DNA from: Fimbriimonadales bacterium
Lineage (GTDB): Bacteria > Armatimonadota > Fimbriimonadia > Fimbriimonadales > JABRVX01
Direction: 5' to 3'
NCBI GenBank assembly: GCA_045862955.1
Contig: BTVI01000036.1
Span: forward strand, 1-31,363
Length of the DNA: 31,363 nt
This document shows, piece by piece, positions 29,490 to 31,363 of this stretch (position 1 is the stretch's first letter; the number at the start of each line of letters is the position of its first letter). The notes below the pieces were generated by a model, which was given only the letters and a program-made list of their open reading frames with translations, was not told where the DNA came from and ran no database searches. Made by a program: the position numbers and the translations under genes.

Positions 29490-30917
29490 ATGAGTGGCAA
29501 TTACGATAACTGCAGCCCATCTCCCGACTCGACCGGAACCAACACAACCGGTCAAGCCAGCCAAAGGGTGGGTTCGCATGTCATCCCCTCCCCCTGGAGG
29601 CCTCGCGGAAGGGGGAGGGTTGGGGAGGGGGTCGAGTCCGGTCGACCTCTCTTGCGCCGTCTGCCCGCACGAGACGTCTCGTATGGGTCGGTGCTGGCCT
29701 TTGCAGCAACCGTCTGCTTCATCGCCACGCTGGTGATGGCAGGATGCGGGGGTACTGGCACCCTAGGGGGTTCGCCTCCGCTCGACCCCGAGAAGCTGAA
29801 TGCCGTGTTCGTCTCGCGCGCACCTACCCTCGACGGCGATCCCTCCGATGCCGAGTGGGCCACCGCACCAGAGCTGACATTCGCAACCGGCGAAGGCATG
29901 GACACATCGCTAGCGAGCTTCCCCTGTGCCACCTGTCACGCTCAGTCTGGACCTATTACTGTTAGCATGCGCGCGGTGTACACATCGGATCGAATCTACT
30001 TCCTCGTACGATGGCCCGACTCGACGGCGAGCCTAACACGTCGGGATGCGTGGACCTACCTGTTCGGCAACTGGGTGAAGCTGAGCAGCGGGCAGAGCGA
30101 AGACCGGCTCTCCCTCTTCTTCCCCATCGGACAGATCCGAGGAGACGACTTCAACACGGGCGGATGCATGACGAAGTGTCACGTAACCGACAACCACAAC
30201 TCCGGAGCGTGTGGGCAGGAGTGCCACATGCCGGTGAAGACGCGAGGCGTTACGGGCTGGCGCGACGAGGTGTATCTCGCGGAAGGCAAGGCCGACCTAT
30301 GGCACTCGAAGGCGGCGCGGGGCATGGCGGCGTTGGGGGCTACGTCCGCAGACGCCGTCGCGGACGAGGACACCAACGAGATGATTGGTGGAACGCTAAC
30401 CCTGCTCGGCTACTGCGACGATGAGTATGTCACACAGTACACCGACGAGGAGCTGGGGGGCAGGCTGCCGGATGAGGGCGAGGGTGCCGACGTGCTGAAT
30501 GCTACCGCCTCGAAGAGCGCACCGCTTTTCATGGAGAAGAACCCTACCGACTACGCCGATGCTATGGTGCTCACGCAGAACGAGATTGACGCAGGAGAGT
30601 GCTACGGGCATCCGGTCAACGGTGTCACCAAGGCAGAAGCGAATCAGGCGTGGCCGAAGTATAAGGCGCTAGGGGCGGTCGTGCCGGAGCGCATTCTGCG
30701 CGCACCGAGCGGCAGCCGCGCGGATGTGCGAATGGCAGCCACATGGCGCGATGGGTGGTGGACGGCAGAGCTGTCGCGTGCCCTCGACACGGGGCGGCCG
30801 GACGATGTGTGCTTCGTCCCCGGCCAAGGCTACGTGTTCGGGTTGGCGATCATGGACAACAGCGGCGGCGGCCGCCACTTCCCCGCCCGCAAGCGCATCC
30901 TCATGCTGTATCGGTAG
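29490..30917 (+). CDS. Putative lipoprotein with ethylbenzene-dehydrogenase-gamma-like (EB_dh/DOMON-like) domain and c-heme motifs
   Basis: Lipobox LVMAG-C; PTLDG...EW..AP, MRAVYT.DRIYFLVRWPD, SEDRLS, DLWHSKA.R, WRDGWWT.ELSRAL; CATCH, CMTKCH, CGQECH; start uncertain. Confidence 0.78.
   Translation: MSGNYDNCSPSPDSTGTNTTGQASQRVGSHVIPSPWRPRGRGRVGEGVESGRPLLRRLPARDVSYGSVLAFAATVCFIATLVMAGCGGTGTLGGSPPLDPEKLNAVFVSRAPTLDGDPSDAEWATAPELTFATGEGMDTSLASFPCATCHAQSGPITVSMRAVYTSDRIYFLVRWPDSTASLTRRDAWTYLFGNWVKLSSGQSEDRLSLFFPIGQIRGDDFNTGGCMTKCHVTDNHNSGACGQECHMPVKTRGVTGWRDEVYLAEGKADLWHSKAARGMAALGATSADAVADEDTNEMIGGTLTLLGYCDDEYVTQYTDEELGGRLPDEGEGADVLNATASKSAPLFMEKNPTDYADAMVLTQNEIDAGECYGHPVNGVTKAEANQAWPKYKALGAVVPERILRAPSGSRADVRMAATWRDGWWTAELSRALDTGRPDDVCFVPGQGYVFGLAIMDNSGGGRHFPARKRILMLYR
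29585..29632. repeat. C/G-rich palindromic repeat-like element inside the 5' end of the lipoprotein ORF
   Basis: CCCTCCCCCT...AGGGGGAGGG hairpin followed by TTGGGGAGGGGG; translates as PSPWRPRGRGRVGEG. Confidence 0.6.
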
Positions 30918-30919
30918 GC

Positions 30920-31294
30920 GGTAGTCCGTGGTTCCGTCACGCTGAGCCCGTCACAGCGACGGCCTGCGCCAGTTTCCTGGCAGACGCACCCTGATGCTGT
31001 CCAGGTTTCATGCCTCGGCGTTTCGGCTGCCGGTGTCGGGAGCCTTCCGACCACCGCCGACCCCTGCAGCCGAACGGCGAGGCTCCCAGACGCCCCGGCG
31101 CGGTCCCTGGCTCTGCGGCACCCGATCCGGGAAGCAGTAGCCGACGGGACGCGGGCCGGGGCATGGAACGTGGTAGTAAGTTGTTCCGTCACGCTGAGCC
31201 TGTCGAAGCGTGCGCTCAATCGCCGCGAGCGTTGTGGCAAGAGACGGTAGGGGTACGGCAGGCGAGGGCACGCTTCGACAGGCTCAGCGTGACG
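30920..31294. repeat. Third mosaic repeat locus: partial CGTC REP, inverted module B, module A and an inverted CGTC REP doublet
   Basis: 31187-31213 and 31268-31294 are a perfect 27-bp inverted repeat; 30920-30952 resembles 31172-31204; module B at ~31009-31083; module A at ~31092-31169. Confidence 0.92.
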
Positions 31295-31363
31295 ATGTGG
31301 CTGGGCCCCGAGAGCCATCCCTAGCCCGGCAGCTCGAAGTACAAGCTTAGCCGGGACGGAATC

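Noticed and set aside
31321..31363. Possible 3' end of a minus-strand gene (…IPSRLSLYFELPG*)
   Set aside because: Too short to support a call.

Overview
High-GC bacterial chromosomal window, probably Armatimonadota (inferred from a GFTLIELLVVIAIIAILAAILFPVF prepilin/DUF1559-type gene). It carries housekeeping genes (hisS, dapL-like aminotransferase, hflX, prmC, tRNA-Ala-GGC, tRNA-Met-CAT), carbohydrate genes (Asp-box protein, GH2 beta-galactosidase, GH4 glycosidase, a lone sugar ABC ATPase, Gfo/Idh/MocA), a stand-alone motAB pair and an orphan adenine methyltransferase. Three things stand out. (1) A small GIY-YIG nuclease gene, missed by the ORF track and cut by the left edge, sits directly behind a cluster of (T/C)GTC-tagged palindromic repeats, one of which supplies the hisS stop codon. 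(2) A modular mosaic of several hairpin-repeat families occurs at three loci (3.4-4.15 kb, 9.57-9.72 kb, 30.9-31.3 kb), with conserved asymmetric arms, variable 35-40 nt interiors and a shared GGCATGGA tag. (3) An MtrA/DmsE-like decaheme cytochrome, an MtrB/PioB-like porin and a heme-motif EB_dh-like lipoprotein form an operon that looks like a porin-cytochrome conduit with an unusual third partner. All calls were made by eye, with no searches run.
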